Shown one piece after another: positions 28,112 through 41,239 of a stretch of 64,000 bases of DNA. How positions within the stretch are numbered: the first letter of the stretch is position 1; every line of letters begins with the position of its first letter. A program made the position numbers and the translations under genes. A model generated the notes under the pieces. It saw nothing but the letters and a program-made list of their open reading frames with translations. It was not told where the DNA came from and made no database searches. Source of the stretch: an uncultured Gemmatimonadales bacterium (GTDB lineage Bacteria > Gemmatimonadota > Gemmatimonadetes > Gemmatimonadales > Gemmatimonadaceae); NCBI GenBank assembly GCA_963850905.1, contig CAWKMU010000003.1:2368001-2432000 (forward strand). Direction: 5' to 3'.

Positions 28112-28225
28112 CGCGGTTCCGCGGTCGGGGCCCTAACCCCCGTACGGAGCCGCCGCGCGTTAGGGGCGGGGCGGAACGTTGCCGGGCACGCCGCTCGGTA
28201 GGACCAAATTTCAGGATCAGAGACA

Positions 28226-29293
28226 ATGGCACAAACAATCGACCTTCGGGGTCTCGTCCGCCCGCAGCTCGTAGAAGCGACCAAGCGCGAGGACAATCCC
28301 AACGTCGCCGAGTTTCGGCTGCAACCCCTCGAGCGAGGCTTCGGCCACACGCTCGGCAATGCGATGCGGCGCATGCTGCTGTCATCGCTGCGGGGATCCG
28401 CGATCTGGGCATTCCGGATCGACGGGGTCGTGCATGAGCACCAGACGATCCCGGGTGTCGTCGAGGACGTGCACCAGATCATCGGGAACCTCAAGACGCT
28501 CACGCTCAGCCTCGAAGACGGACTCGAGGATGCGCTGCTCCGCATTCAGAAGACCGGCCCCGGCGCGGTCACCGCGGCTGACATCGCACTGGGCTCCGGC
28601 GTGCGGATCATCAATCCGCAACACCACCTGTTCACGCTGCAGGACGATCGCGAGATCCACATGGACCTCTACGCGAAGCAGGGACGGGGATACACGGAAG
28701 CCGACCAGCACGTGCTCGAGCGCGGCATGCCGATCGACGTCGTCCGGATCGATGCGATCTACAATCCCGTGCGGCGAGCCAACTTCGCCGTTGCGGAGAC
28801 GCGTGTCGGTCAGCGCACGGACTACGATCGTCTGACGCTGACGGTCGAGACCAACGGCACGATCACGCCGGAAGAGGCGGTCAGCTACGCTGCCGCACTC
28901 GCGCAGACGCACTTCCAGTACTTCGTCGGGTTCGGTTCGCACGTGTCCGCGCCGGTAACGCCAGGTGGCGAGACCGCGGGCGGGGACTCGGTGCGGCTGG
29001 CCGAGCTCCAGACGCCGATCGACGATCTCGAGTTGTCGGTGCGGTCGGTCAACTCGCTCAAGAATTCGAACATTCGGTCGCTCGGTGACCTGGTTCGCCA
29101 GACGGAAAGCCAGATCCTTCAGGTCAAGAACTTCGGCAAGAAGTCGTTGCAGGAGATCGCGGACCTGCTCGAGCGCAAAGGACTCAACTTTGGCATGCGG
29201 TACGAGGAAAGCCCCGACGGTGTGCGGATCCTCGATTGGGGCACGCCGCCCAGCCGGGCGGCGGCGAACGCACCGGATGACGAAGACGAGTAG
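28226..29293 (+). CDS. rpoA: RNA polymerase alpha subunit
   Basis: PLERGFGHTLGNAMRR, RVGQRTDYDRL, IDDLELSVRSVNSLK, NFGKKSL. Confidence 0.98.
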   Translation: MAQTIDLRGLVRPQLVEATKREDNPNVAEFRLQPLERGFGHTLGNAMRRMLLSSLRGSAIWAFRIDGVVHEHQTIPGVVEDVHQIIGNLKTLTLSLEDGLEDALLRIQKTGPGAVTAADIALGSGVRIINPQHHLFTLQDDREIHMDLYAKQGRGYTEADQHVLERGMPIDVVRIDAIYNPVRRANFAVAETRVGQRTDYDRLTLTVETNGTITPEEAVSYAAALAQTHFQYFVGFGSHVSAPVTPGGETAGGDSVRLAELQTPIDDLELSVRSVNSLKNSNIRSLGDLVRQTESQILQVKNFGKKSLQEIADLLERKGLNFGMRYEESPDGVRILDWGTPPSRAAANAPDDEDE

Positions 29294-29302
29294 GGAGATC
29301 CT

Positions 29303-29773
29303 GTGACGCACCATCGAAAGGCCGGCCGTCAACTCCGGCGGACGAGCGAACAGCGCCTCGCCTTGATGCGCAACCTGGCGATCTCATTGATCGAGCACGG
29401 TGCCATCGAGACGACGGAGGCCAAGGCGAAAGAGCTCCGACCATTCGTCGAGAAGCTCATCACCAAGGCGAAGCGCGGGACGCTCCACGCACGCCGATTG
29501 GCGGCGCGCGACGTGCACGTCCGTCGGACGGCCGACACCCTGTTTAAGGAAGTCGGACCGGCGTTCGCCACCCGCACCGGCGGCTACACGCGCATTCTGC
29601 GGACCGGCCACCGGAAGGGCGATGGCGCCGACATGGCGCGCATCGAGTTGATCGACATCGTGACGGCCGACGGATCCGGCGGCAAGTCGAGTGGGTCCAA
29701 GGCGGCCGCGAAGAAGCAACCCAAGGCCGCCAAGGCCGCTTCCAAGAGCGCAGCGAAAGGGGCCAAATCATGA
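29303..29773 (+). CDS. rplQ: 50S ribosomal protein L17 with K/A-rich C-terminal extension
   Basis: HRKAGRQLRRT, TTEAKAKE, GGYTRI, RKGDGADMA. Confidence 0.96.
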   Translation: MTHHRKAGRQLRRTSEQRLALMRNLAISLIEHGAIETTEAKAKELRPFVEKLITKAKRGTLHARRLAARDVHVRRTADTLFKEVGPAFATRTGGYTRILRTGHRKGDGADMARIELIDIVTADGSGGKSSGSKAAAKKQPKAAKAASKSAAKGAKS

Positions 29774-29997
29774 AGCGCACGATCGCGCGGAATAAGTGCT
29801 ACGTGTGTGACCGCGGCGTATCGTTCGGGAATAACGTCTCGCACGCGAACAACAAGACGCGGCGAGTCTGGAAGCCGAACCTGCAAGTTGTCCGCGTCGT
29901 GCACGAGGGGACGATCACGAAAGTGCGGGTGTGCACGCGGTGTCTGCACGCTGGCAAAATCCAGCGTGCCCCGCGTGGTGGAGCGCGAGTGGCGTAG
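29770..29997 (+). CDS. rpmB: 50S ribosomal protein L28 (Zn-ribbon type)
   Basis: CYVC, GNNVSHANNKTRRVWKPNLQ, VCTRCL. Confidence 0.95.
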   Translation: MKRTIARNKCYVCDRGVSFGNNVSHANNKTRRVWKPNLQVVRVVHEGTITKVRVCTRCLHAGKIQRAPRGGARVA

Positions 29998-30002
29998 GAG
30001 CA

Positions 30003-30972
<970 letters not shown>

Positions 30973-31007
30973 CTGGATGACCCCGAACCCTGGAGGGGCG
31001 GACTGAC

Positions 31008-31998
31008 ATGCGCGCGCTCGTGACTGGCGCGGCCGGTTTCGTCGGCCAGTGGCTCGTTCGCGCTCTCCTGGACGCCGGCCACGACGTCACCGGCCTCACG
31101 CCCGTCGATCCGACTGCCGCGGCCGCGCTTGCTGTCGACCGACGAGCAGGCCGCCGTGGATTGGGTTCTGGGCGACGTTCGCCGCATCGACGATATCCGC
31201 CGGGCCCTCGACGTCGGCGCCCCCGACTCGGTATTCCACCTGGCTGGGATCAGCTCCGTCCCCGGCGCGAGCGGCGACCCCGGCGCAGCGGCCGAGGTCA
31301 ACGTCGTAGGGGCCGCACAGCTCCTGGGTGAGATCCGCGTCCGACGGCGAGTCGGCGTGCTCGACCCGGCTGTGCTCATCGTCGGCAGCGCCGAGCAGTA
31401 CGGACGACACGACAAGAGCGATCTGCCGCTCGAGGAGACGGCGGAGCAGCGCCCGCTCACCGTGTATGCGGCCACCAAGGCGGCGCAGGAGATCATCGCC
31501 CTGGAGGCGTTCCGCAGCGAAGGCGTCCGCGTCATCGCGACCCGCAGCTTCAATCACAGTGGACCGGGCCAGTCGGGAGCCTTCCTCCTGCCGGCCCTCG
31601 TCCGCCGCGCGCTCGCCATCCGGTCGAGCAGTGGCGACCGCCGCGCCGCGTTGGCGCTCGGGAACGCGACGTCGACGCGCGATTTCCTGCACGTCGCGGA
31701 CGTGACGCAAGCGTATATTGCGTTGGCAGCGCGCGGGCGCGCAGGAGAGGTCTACAACGTGTCGAGTGGCGTCGGGGTATCGGTCAAGGAGCTAGCCGTC
31801 CAGGTCCTGGCGGCGACGGGCGTCAAGGCGCCGTTGACGACTGATCCCTCGCTCACGCGGACCGTGGACGTGCCGGCCCTCGTCGGCAACAACGCGCGCC
31901 TCCGTGATGCCACGGGCTGGGAGCCGGAAAAGACCGTGCGCGACCTCATCGAGGACCTCGTGACCTACTGGGCGGCGCGTCCCACGGCGCAGGTGTGA
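31008..31998 (+). CDS. Extended SDR sugar reductase, probably GDP-4-keto-6-deoxy-D-mannose reductase (Rmd-like). Frameshift ~31130
   Basis: ALVTGAAGFVG, HLAG, GSAEQYG, YAATK, RSFNHSGPGQ, RDFLHV. Adjacent to gmd. Confidence 0.75.
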
Positions 31999-32042
31999 CA
32001 CTCACGTGTCACACGCCGTGACCGCGCCGCCCGATTCGACAC

Positions 32043-35000
32043 ATGCCGCGTCGTACTGACCTCCGCCGCATCCTCTTGCTCGGCTCGGGCCCGATCGTAA
32101 TCGGCCAGGGCGCCGAGTTCGACTACTCCGGGACGCAAGCCGTCAAGGCGCTCAAGGAGGAGGGCTACGAGGTCGTGCTCGTGAACTCCAATCCGGCGAC
32201 GATCATGACGGATCCCGAGTTCGCCGACCGGACCTACATCGAGCCCGTGACGGCCGAATTCGTCGAGCTCGTCATCGCGCGCGAGCGGCCCGACGCGCTC
32301 CTGCCCACGATGGGCGGCCAGACCGCGCTCAACGTCGCGATGAAACTTGCCCAGGACGGCGTGCTCGAAGCAGTACGGCGTCGAATTGATCGGCGCCAAG
32401 GCGCGCGCCATTCGAGCTCGCGGAGGATCGCCAGGAGTTCGCACAGGCGATGCGAGAGATCGGACTGGCCATGCCGGCCGGCTCGATCGCGACATCGCTG
32501 GACGAGGCCGAGGCGGCGCTCGAGCAGGTAGGCTTCCCGGCGATCATCCGACCGTCCTTCACGCTGGGCGGCACCGGTGGCGGGATCGCCTACAACCGGG
32601 ATGAGTTCGAGTCGATCGTGCGGCGAGGCCTCGACCTTTCGCCCACGCATCAGGTGCTGATCGAGCAGAGCGTGCTCGGGTGGAAGGAGTTCGAGCTCGA
32701 GGTCATGCGCGATCACGACGACAACGTCGTGATCGTGTGCTCGATCGAGAACCTCGACCCGATGGGCATTCACACCGGCGATTCGATCACCGTGGCGCCG
32801 GCGATGACCCTCACGGATCGCGAATACCAGCGGATGCGCGACGCTGCGATCGCCGTCATCCGCAAGATTGGCGTCGATGCCGGCGGCTGCAACATTCAAT
32901 TCGCCGTCAACCCGCGCGACGGGACAATGCTGGTGATCGAGATGAATCCGCGCGTGTCGCGGTCATCGGCACTGGCATCCAAGGCCACCGGGTTTCCGAT
33001 TGCGCGGATCGGCACCAAGCTTGCCGTCGGCTACCGGCTCGATGAGATCCGCAACGACATCACCAAGACGACCCCCGCGTCCTTCGAGCCAGTGCTCGAC
33101 TACGTGGTGGTCAAGGTGCCGCGCTTCGCGTTCGAGAAGTTCGCCGGCGCCGATCCGCGATTGACCACGCAGATGAAGTCGGTCGGCGAGTCGATGGCCA
33201 TCGGGCGCACGTTCAAGGAAGCGCTCCAAAAAGGCCTGCGCGCCCTGGAGGCTGGCCGCTCGGGATGGGCGATCGGCACGACCGCCGAGGACGATCGCGT
33301 GACCGACGAGAGCCCGGATGGTCTGCGTTCCGCCCTGCGTCGCCCGACGCCTGAGCGGATCTTCCAGCTGAAGCGGGCGATGCTGGCGGGCATTCCACTC
33401 CCCGACCTCCACGAGATCACCGGCATCGATCTCTGGTTCCTCTCCGAGTTGGACGAGCTGCTCCAGGCGGAGCGATGGTACACGGCACTGTCGGTGGTGG
33501 AGGCGTCGGGCGCGGACGCCCTGCGGACGATGAAGCGCATGGGCTTCAGCGACCAGCAGCTGGCCCTCATGCGCGGCGAGACCGAGGCCCGAGTGCGCGC
33601 ATGGCGGCACGCTGCGCAGGTGCGTCCTGCATACAAGATGGTGGATACCTGCGCGGGCGAGTTCCCCTCGTCGACCCCGTATCTGTACGGCAGCTACGAC
33701 GAGGAGAGCGAAGCGCCGCGCAGCGGGCGTCGCTCGGTGGCGATTCTGGGCAGCGGGCCGAACCGGATCGGGCAGGGCGTCGAGTTCGACTATTGCTGCG
33801 TGCGGGCCGCCATCGCACTCCGCGCGCAAGGGTTCGAGACGATCATGATCAACTCGAACCCGGAGACCGTGTCGACTGACTTCGACGTGTCGGACAAGCT
33901 GTATTTCGAGCCGCTGACTCTCGAAGACGTCCTCGAGATCATCGATCGCGAGCAGCCCGAGGGCGTGATCGTGCAGCTCGGGGGGCAGACGCCACTCAAG
34001 CTGACACCGGGTCTCGCCGCGGCGGGCGTGCACATCCTCGGGACATCACCCGATGCGATCGATATCGCAGAGGATCGGCGCCGATTCGAAGCGATCGCCC
34101 GGCGGCTGGGACTGAGACAGCCCGACAGCGGGACCGCGACCAGTGTCGATGAGGCCGCGGGGATCGCCGCTGATGTCGGCTATCCCGTCCTCCTCCGCCC
34201 CTCCTACGTGCTCGGCGGCCGAGCGATGCAGATCGTGTACGACGAGCCATCGCTGCGCGAATATTTCGCCCGTGCGGCGCGGGCATCCGAGGAGCGGCCG
34301 GTGCTCATCGACCGGTTCCTCGAAGACGCATTCGAGGCGGACGTCGACGCGATCGCCGACGGGCAGCGCGTGGTGATCGGCGGCGTCATGCAGCACATCG
34401 AGGACGCCGGGATCCACTCCGGCGACTCCGCCTGCGTGCTGCCGCCCTATCTGATCCCAGAGACGGACCTCGCGACGATGCGGGCGCAGACCGTCTCGCT
34501 GGCGCAGGCCCTGGGCGTCGTCGGCCTCATCAACGTGCAGTTCGCGATCAAGAATGGCGTCGTGTACGTGCTCGAAGTCAATCCACGGGCGAGTCGCACC
34601 GTGCCGTTCGTCGCGAAGGCGATCGGCGTGCCGCTCGCGTCGCTCGCGGCGCGCGTGATGACGGGCGAGACGCTCGCCGACATCGGGTTCACGGAGGAGA
34701 TCATCCCGCCGTATGTGGCCGTAAAGGAGGCCGTGTTTCCCTTCAGCAAGTTCCGCGAGTTCGATCCCATCCTCGGCCCCGAGATGCGGTCGACCGGCGA
34801 GGTGATGGGGATCGCCGACTCCTTCGGTACGGCGTTCGCCAAGGCGCAGATCGCCGCCGACAACTCGCTGCCCGAGCGGGGCGCGATCTTCATCACCGTC
34901 AACGACAGCGACAAGCCCAACGTCGTGCCGATCGCGCGGCGGTTCCACGAGCTCGGGTTCCGCCTGTATGCGACCGAGGGCACACGCCGATATCTGCGGA

Positions 35001-35293
35001 GCAAGGGCATCCCGTCCGAGAAAGTCTTCAAGGTTCACGAGGGCCAGCCCCACGCGATCGACCTGATCGTGAATCGCGACGTGCAGTTGCTGATCAACAC
35101 GCCACTCGGCAAATACGCACAGCGAGACGACTACTCGCTGCGGCAGGCCGCCATCGCGCACCACGTGCCCTACACGACCACGCTCTCGGCCGCCAACGCC
35201 GCGGTCGATGCCGTGATCGCCCTCCGCTCGCGCCAGACCACCGTCCAATCGCTGCAGGAGTGGCAGGCGATGGCGGCGAGCGCCACCGTATGA
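32043..35293 (+). CDS. carB: Carbamoyl-phosphate synthase large subunit (frameshifts ~32370-32430)
   Basis: [24 protein letters not shown], two ATP-grasp repeats, [18 protein letters not shown]-terminal MGS domain. Confidence 0.96.
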
Positions 35294-35922
35294 CCGCGAC
35301 GCGTCACCCGTCCGGGAAGCGGCCAGCCAGCTCCGCGCTGATCGCGCCCACCGCGATGATCCACGAGTCGGCCTACGTCGATGAGGGAGCGACCGTGGGC
35401 GCGCACACCCGCATCTGGCATTTCTGCCACGTGATGCCCGGCGCGGTGATCGGTGAACGATGCAACCTCGGCCAGAACGTGGTCGTCATGAGCGGCACGC
35501 GCCTGGGCAACAACGTGAAAGTGCAGAACAACGTCTCGATCTACGAAGGTGTCGAGCTCGAGGACGATGTGTTCTGCGGACCGTCCATGGTGTTCACCAA
35601 CGTCATCAATCCCCGCAGCCACGTCTCGCGCAAGCACGAGTACCATCGAACGCTCGTGCGCCGCGGCGCGTCGATCGGCGCCAACGCCACCATCGTGTGT
35701 GGCGTGACGCTGGGCGAGTATGCGTTCGTCGGAGCGGGCGCCGTGGTGACCAGGGACGTGTTACCCTACGCGCTCGTCGCCGGAGTGCCGGCGCGGCGCA
35801 TTGGGTGGACGTGCGCGTGCGGCGTGCGTCTCGATGACACCGGCGAAGGTGCCTGCAAGGGGTGCGGCACGCAGTACGTGCGGCGCGGCGCGGGGATCGC
35901 GCCCGCCGGGGATGCCGGGTGA
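35290..35922 (+). CDS. Hexapeptide-repeat N-acetyltransferase (WbpD/WlbB-like)
   Basis: [43 protein letters not shown]. Confidence 0.88.
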   Translation: MTATRHPSGKRPASSALIAPTAMIHESAYVDEGATVGAHTRIWHFCHVMPGAVIGERCNLGQNVVVMSGTRLGNNVKVQNNVSIYEGVELEDDVFCGPSMVFTNVINPRSHVSRKHEYHRTLVRRGASIGANATIVCGVTLGEYAFVGAGAVVTRDVLPYALVAGVPARRIGWTCACGVRLDDTGEGACKGCGTQYVRRGAGIAPAGDAG

Positions 35923-36966
35923 CGACACCATCGACCTTTCGCGTCGCGCTCGTCGGGTGCGGGCGCATCAGCAAGAATCACTTCGAGGCGCTCGGCCGCG
36001 TGCCGGGTCTGGCACTCAGTGCCGTCTGCGACTCCGATCCGGATCGCGCGCGCCAAGCCGGGGAGGAGCAGGCCGTCCCGTGGTTTCGATCCTACGAGGA
36101 GATGCTGGCGCACGCCCCCTGCGAAGTCGTCTGCGTCGCGACGCCGTCGGGACTGCACCCCGAGCAAGGCATGCTCGCCGCGCGCGCGGGGAAGCATGTC
36201 GTCGTCGAGAAGCCGATGGCCATCACGCTGTCGGCGGCCGACGAGCTCGTACATGCCTGCGACGCGGCCGGTGTCCATCTGTTCGTTGTGAAGCAGAACC
36301 GGCTCAACGCGACCGTGCAGCTCCTGCGACGCGCCGTCGACAAGGGACGCTTCGGCCGGATCTACATGGCCAACTGCACGGTCCGATGGGCGCGGCCACA
36401 GGAGTACTATGACCAGGCGCCCTGGCGGGGTACCTGGGAGTTCGACGGCGGCGCGTTCATGAACCAGGCATCGCACTACGTCGATCTGATTCAGTGGCTC
36501 GTCGGGCCGGTCGAGAGCGTGGTGGCCAAGACCGCGACACTCGCGCGCCGGATCGAGACGGAGGACTCGGGGGTCGCCGTGCTCAAGTTCCGCTCGGGCG
36601 CGCTGGGAGCGATCGAAGTCACGATGCTCACCTATCCGCGCAACCTCGAGGGTTCGATCACGATCCTTGGCGAGACAGGCTCGGTCAAGATTGGCGGCAC
36701 CGCCGTCAATCGGATCGAGCACTGGCAGTTCGCCGCGTACGACGACGACGACAAGCTCGTCGAATGCCGTGAACACGACGCCGCCGAACGTGTATGGGTT
36801 CGGCCACGAAGCGTACTACCGCAACGTGCTCGCGGTGCTGCGCGGCGAGGCCAAGCCCGACACCGACGGACGCGCCGGGCGCAAGTCGCTGGAGCTGATC
36901 CTGGGGATCTACGAATCGGCGAAGACGGGGCGGGAAGTCCCGCTTCCGCTGCGGGCCAGGATCTGA
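35919..36966 (+). CDS. Gfo/Idh/MocA oxidoreductase (WbpB/WlbA-like). Frameshift ~36765
   Basis: [47 protein letters not shown]. Confidence 0.88.
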
Positions 36967-36989
36967 CCTCGTTCAGGACGGAGTCGCAG

Positions 36990-38107
36990 ATGGCCGTTCC
37001 CTTGCTCGATCTGCGCGCGCAATACGCCGCGATCAAGACCGACGTGGTGCGCGCGATGATGGAAGTCGTGGATGCGCAGACGTTCATCCTGGGTGAACAG
37101 GTCGGCCGCCTCGAATGCGAGCTGGCCGCGTGTGTCGCACACCAAGTACGCCGTCGGCTGCGCCAGCGGCACCGATGCCCTGCTCCTGGCGCTGCGTGCA
37201 CTCGACATCGGCCGAGGTCGACGAAGTCATCACGACCCCGTTCACGTTCTTTGCGACCGCAGGGACGATCCACAACGTTGGTGCGACCCCGGTGTTCGTG
37301 GACATCGATCCCGTCAGCTTCAACATCGACCCCGAGGGCATCCAGGCGGCGGTGACTCCGCGCACGCGTGCCGTCCTGCCGGTCGACCTCTTCGGCCAAA
37401 TGGCCGACGTCGAGCGAGTCATGGCGGCGACGCCGGGCCTCCCGCTGATCGAGGATGCCGCCCAGTCGATTGGGGCGCGCCGCTCGATTGACGGTGAGTG
37501 GCGCGTGGCTGGTGAGGTCGCGACCATCGGCACGTTCAGCTTCTTTCCCTCCAAGAACCTCGGCGGCTATGGCGACGGCGGCATGATGGTGACGCAGGAT
37601 GAGCGGCTGTACAAGCGCCTCATGCGCCTGCGCACGCATGGCAGCGTGAAGACGTACTACCACGAGGAAGTAGGCTACAATTCGCGCCTCGATTCGCTGC
37701 AGGCTGCGGTGCTCCGCGCGAAACTGCCACACTTGGCCGGTTGGAGCGCGCAGCGTCGAGGCCACGCCGCGTACTATACGCAGGCCCTCGAAGGCCTCGC
37801 GCCGCGCGTCCGGACTCCCGTCATCAGCCCGGCCAACGAGTCGATCTTCAATCAGTACACGATCCGCTGTGAGCGCCGCGATGCGCTGCAGGCTCATCTC
37901 ACGGCCCGGAAAATCGGGACGGCCATCTACTACCCACTGCCGCTGCATCTCCAGCCCTGCTTCGCGTACCTGGGCTATCGCGAGGGTCAACTGCCGCACG
38001 CTGAGCGTGCGGCTCGCGAAGTCCTGTCGTTGCCGGTGTACCCCGAGCTGACGACCGTGCAGCAGGACGAGGTGATCGGAGCGATCCGGGAGTTCTACGC
38101 GTCATGA
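36990..38107 (+). CDS. DegT/DnrJ/EryC1/StrS aminotransferase (WbpE/WlbC-like). Frameshifts ~37135 and ~37215
   Basis: VPLLDL, ASGTDAL, EDAAQ, SFFPSKNLGGYGDGG, GYNSRLD. Confidence 0.9.
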
Positions 38108-39473
38108 CTAGCACGCAGCCGCCGACCGGCGGATCCGAGACGCAGTACGCAGATCAGTTGCTGGAGCGCATCGGCAATCACACCGCCGTCATTGGCGTCG
38201 TCGGGTTGGGCTACGTCGGCCTGCCGTTGGCGATCGAATTCGCGCGCGCCGGCTTCCGCGTCATCGGGTTCGACGTCAGCCGCCGGGTGGTCGAAGCCCT
38301 AGCCACTGGGCGGTCCCACATCCAAGACGTCCCATCGCGAGACGTCGAGACGTTCGTCCGGTCCGGGAAGTTCACCGCGACGACTGACCCGACGCGGATC
38401 GGCGGAGATGGATGCGGTCTCGATCGCCGTTCCGACCCCGCTCGTGAAGACTCGGGACCCCGACATGAGCTACGTCGACAAGGCGACTGATACGATAGTC
38501 GACGCATTGTCGGCCAGGGACGCTCGTCGTCCTGGAGAGCACGACATATCCGGGCACGACGCGGGAACTGGTGCAGCCCAAGTTCGAGCGGCGCGGGCTC
38601 ACGGTGGGCACGCGACGTCTTCCTCGCCTTCAGCCCGGAGCGGGTCGATCCCGGCAACGAGCGGTACAACACGCAGCAATACGCCGAAAGTCGTCGGCGG
38701 CATAACGCCCGCCTGCACGCGCGTCGCGAGCGCGCTCTACGCGACCTGCATCGAAACCGTCGTGCCCGTCTCGTCTCCCGAAGCGGCTGAGCTCGTCAAG
38801 CTGCTCGAGAACACCTTCCGATCGGTGAACATCGGGCTGGTGAACGAGATGGCAATTATTTGCGATCGGCTGGGGGTAAACGTCTGGGAAGTGATCGATG
38901 CCGCGGCCACGAAGCCGTTTGGGTTCATGCGGTTCACGCCCGGCCCTGGCATCGGCGGTCACTGCATTCCGCTCGACCCGCACTATCTCGCGTGGAAGAT
39001 GCGGACGCTGAACTACCGGACGCGCTTCATCGATGTCGCGAGTGAGATCAACAGCCAGATGCCGGACTTCGTCGTGGAGAAAGTCGCGCACGCGCTCAAC
39101 GACGTGTGCAAGTCGGTCAAGGGGAGTCGCATCGCTCGTCATCGGCGTCGCCTACAAGAAGAACATCGACGACATCCGCGAGAGTCCCGCGCTCGATGTC
39201 ATCCGACTACTCGAGGAGCGCGGCGCCGACGTCGTCTATCACGATCCCTTCATCCCCGCGTTCACAGAGGATGGCCGGACGCGTCATGGGGTCGCGCTCA
39301 GCGCCGAGGAACTTGGCAGGAGTGACGCGACGGTCATCGTCACCGACCACACATCGATCAACTATCAGTTCGTGGCCGATCACGCGTCCCTCGTGGTCGA
39401 TACCCGCAATGCGATGGCGCACGTCACACGACCGCGCGCCAGGATCGTCTCGTTGTCCGCGGGTGCATTGTAG
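38104..39473 (+). CDS. UDP-N-acetylhexosamine 6-dehydrogenase (WbpA/WbpO-like). Several frameshifts
   Basis: VVGLGYVGLPLA, AVPTP, KLLENTFRSVNI, GPGIGGHCIP, GVAYKKNIDDIRESP. Confidence 0.88.
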
Positions 39474-39493
39474 GGGCGACGCATGCGTCGCCC
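39470..39493. repeat. Single REP palindrome overlapping the stop codon of the dehydrogenase gene
   Basis: GTAGGGGCGACGCATGCGTCGCCC, identical to 22176-22199. Confidence 0.8.
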
Positions 39494-39540
39494 TGTGGCA
39501 TCGCGCATGGTGCGTCATTAAGGGGTCGCTCACCACCCGT

Positions 39541-41232
39541 TTGTCCACGACCCGTCCACAGCACACTGGTGGCTGGTGGCGGGGCCCCGTTGTCGTCGCA
39601 ATCGTGGCGATGTTGGTTGCCCCGGGTGTCGCGCGGGCGCAGTTTGGACTGGTTGCCTTGCCGATCAACGATCCGGCGTACCTACAACTGGCGGCGCTGG
39701 AGCGACTCGGCTGCGCCGCCGCGCGTGTGTCGGTCGATCGGCCGTATCAGGTGCGACTCATCCGGGCCGCGCTCATCGCGGCCCGGGCGGAAGCGGCCTG
39801 CAGTGGACCGATCCTGGACGCGCTGGAGCAGCGCTTTGCACCCCAGGCGGATACGACGCAGGCCGCCACGCCGATTGCTCATGCGTTCCAACAGCGGTCC
39901 GTCCTTCCCGCGGGCGACAGCGGACAGGGTGTTCGCTTCGGCGCCGCGGCCCAGCTCAGGGCAACGGCGTTGCACAACGGCGAGATCACCCCATTGTGGG
40001 AGGATGTACGCCCCACGGCGGAGGGGGATCCCCCGGCCGTTGGCGTGCTCCACGGGCGATTCACATACGGCGCCAGCGATCACGTGGCCATCGTCGTCGA
40101 TGGCTACGGCGAGACCAATGCTCGGAACGATCCGCAGGTGAGCGCGAAGCCATTGCGTGGAGCATCGGGGGTGCTGGATGCGTCCGAAGCGTATGTGTCC
40201 ACGCGAGCCGGCGTCTTCACCTTTACACTCGGCCGCGGTGCAGAGGCGTGGCTCGGCGACGGCACCGATTCGCCGGTCCTCTCGGCGAACGGTGCGCCCT
40301 ACAACCGGATCGCCGCCGCCTTCAACACGGCGCACTTCGAGGGGCGGGCGCTATTCGGCGAGCTGGACGATGTCGTGCTGGACTCCGCGCAGGACCATAT
40401 CACGTCGACGATCGGACCCCAGCGGTTCTATCGATATCTGGTGGGGCACTCGCTCTCGTGGCGCCCATCGCGAGCGATCGAGGTCACGGCAGGGGAGACC
40501 GCCGTGCTGCCACGCGGGTCACAGACGGTCGACTTCTATTACTTGAATCCGTTCGTTCCCTATCTTATCACGGCGCACGATACTGGTAAGACAGGCGAAG
40601 GCAACGCGCACGACAATCTGACGGCGTTCGGCGCGATCCGGGGTCGCCTCGGTCGCATGACGGCGTCAGCCGAGCTCCTGATCGACGACATTCAGATCGA
40701 CGCGTCCCGCCGAGCGAATACGCCGGACCTGCTGGGCTACGTGCTGACGGTGTCGAGTCCCGTGCCGATCGGCGTGCCCGCGACCGTCCAGTTGCAGTAC
40801 CAACGGGTCGACACGTACACGTATCTACGGGAGTTCTACGACGAGGTCCTGCAGTACTACAACAACCCGCTCGCATCCGAGCTCGGCCCCGACGCTGACT
40901 ACGGCTCGATCGCGGGCGAGATCTTGCCAACGGGCTGGATCCGCCTCGCGGGCGACGCAGGGATCTGGCGACGCGGGCTGCAGCGCATCTACGAACGCCC
41001 ATCGCAGAACGCTGTCGGCAATCCCGGCCTGGCGTTCCCGTCAAGTGCGACCGGCCAGCCAGTGCAGATTGCGGGCCTCGCGCACGCCTACGTGCAGCTG
41101 CTCACGCCCACGCTTCCCATCACGGCCGCCATCACGTTGGCCCGCATTCGGGATGCGAACAACCTGCCTGTTGGAACGGCCACGTATGGCCAGGCACAAT
41201 TGTACCTCACCTATGCCTTTCGTTATCCCTAA
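39541..41232 (+). CDS. Capsule assembly Wzi-like outer-membrane protein (start approximate)
   Basis: Signal peptide ending ARA-Q, DPAY..LERL, LGRG..W.G....LS.N, YLNPF, ELLIDD, LGPD, aromatic C-terminus. Upstream of wza/wzc. Confidence 0.65.
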   Translation: MSTTRPQHTGGWWRGPVVVAIVAMLVAPGVARAQFGLVALPINDPAYLQLAALERLGCAAARVSVDRPYQVRLIRAALIAARAEAACSGPILDALEQRFAPQADTTQAATPIAHAFQQRSVLPAGDSGQGVRFGAAAQLRATALHNGEITPLWEDVRPTAEGDPPAVGVLHGRFTYGASDHVAIVVDGYGETNARNDPQVSAKPLRGASGVLDASEAYVSTRAGVFTFTLGRGAEAWLGDGTDSPVLSANGAPYNRIAAAFNTAHFEGRALFGELDDVVLDSAQDHITSTIGPQRFYRYLVGHSLSWRPSRAIEVTAGETAVLPRGSQTVDFYYLNPFVPYLITAHDTGKTGEGNAHDNLTAFGAIRGRLGRMTASAELLIDDIQIDASRRANTPDLLGYVLTVSSPVPIGVPATVQLQYQRVDTYTYLREFYDEVLQYYNNPLASELGPDADYGSIAGEILPTGWIRLAGDAGIWRRGLQRIYERPSQNAVGNPGLAFPSSATGQPVQIAGLAHAYVQLLTPTLPITAAITLARIRDANNLPVGTATYGQAQLYLTYAFRYP

Positions 41233-41239
41233 TTTCGTA

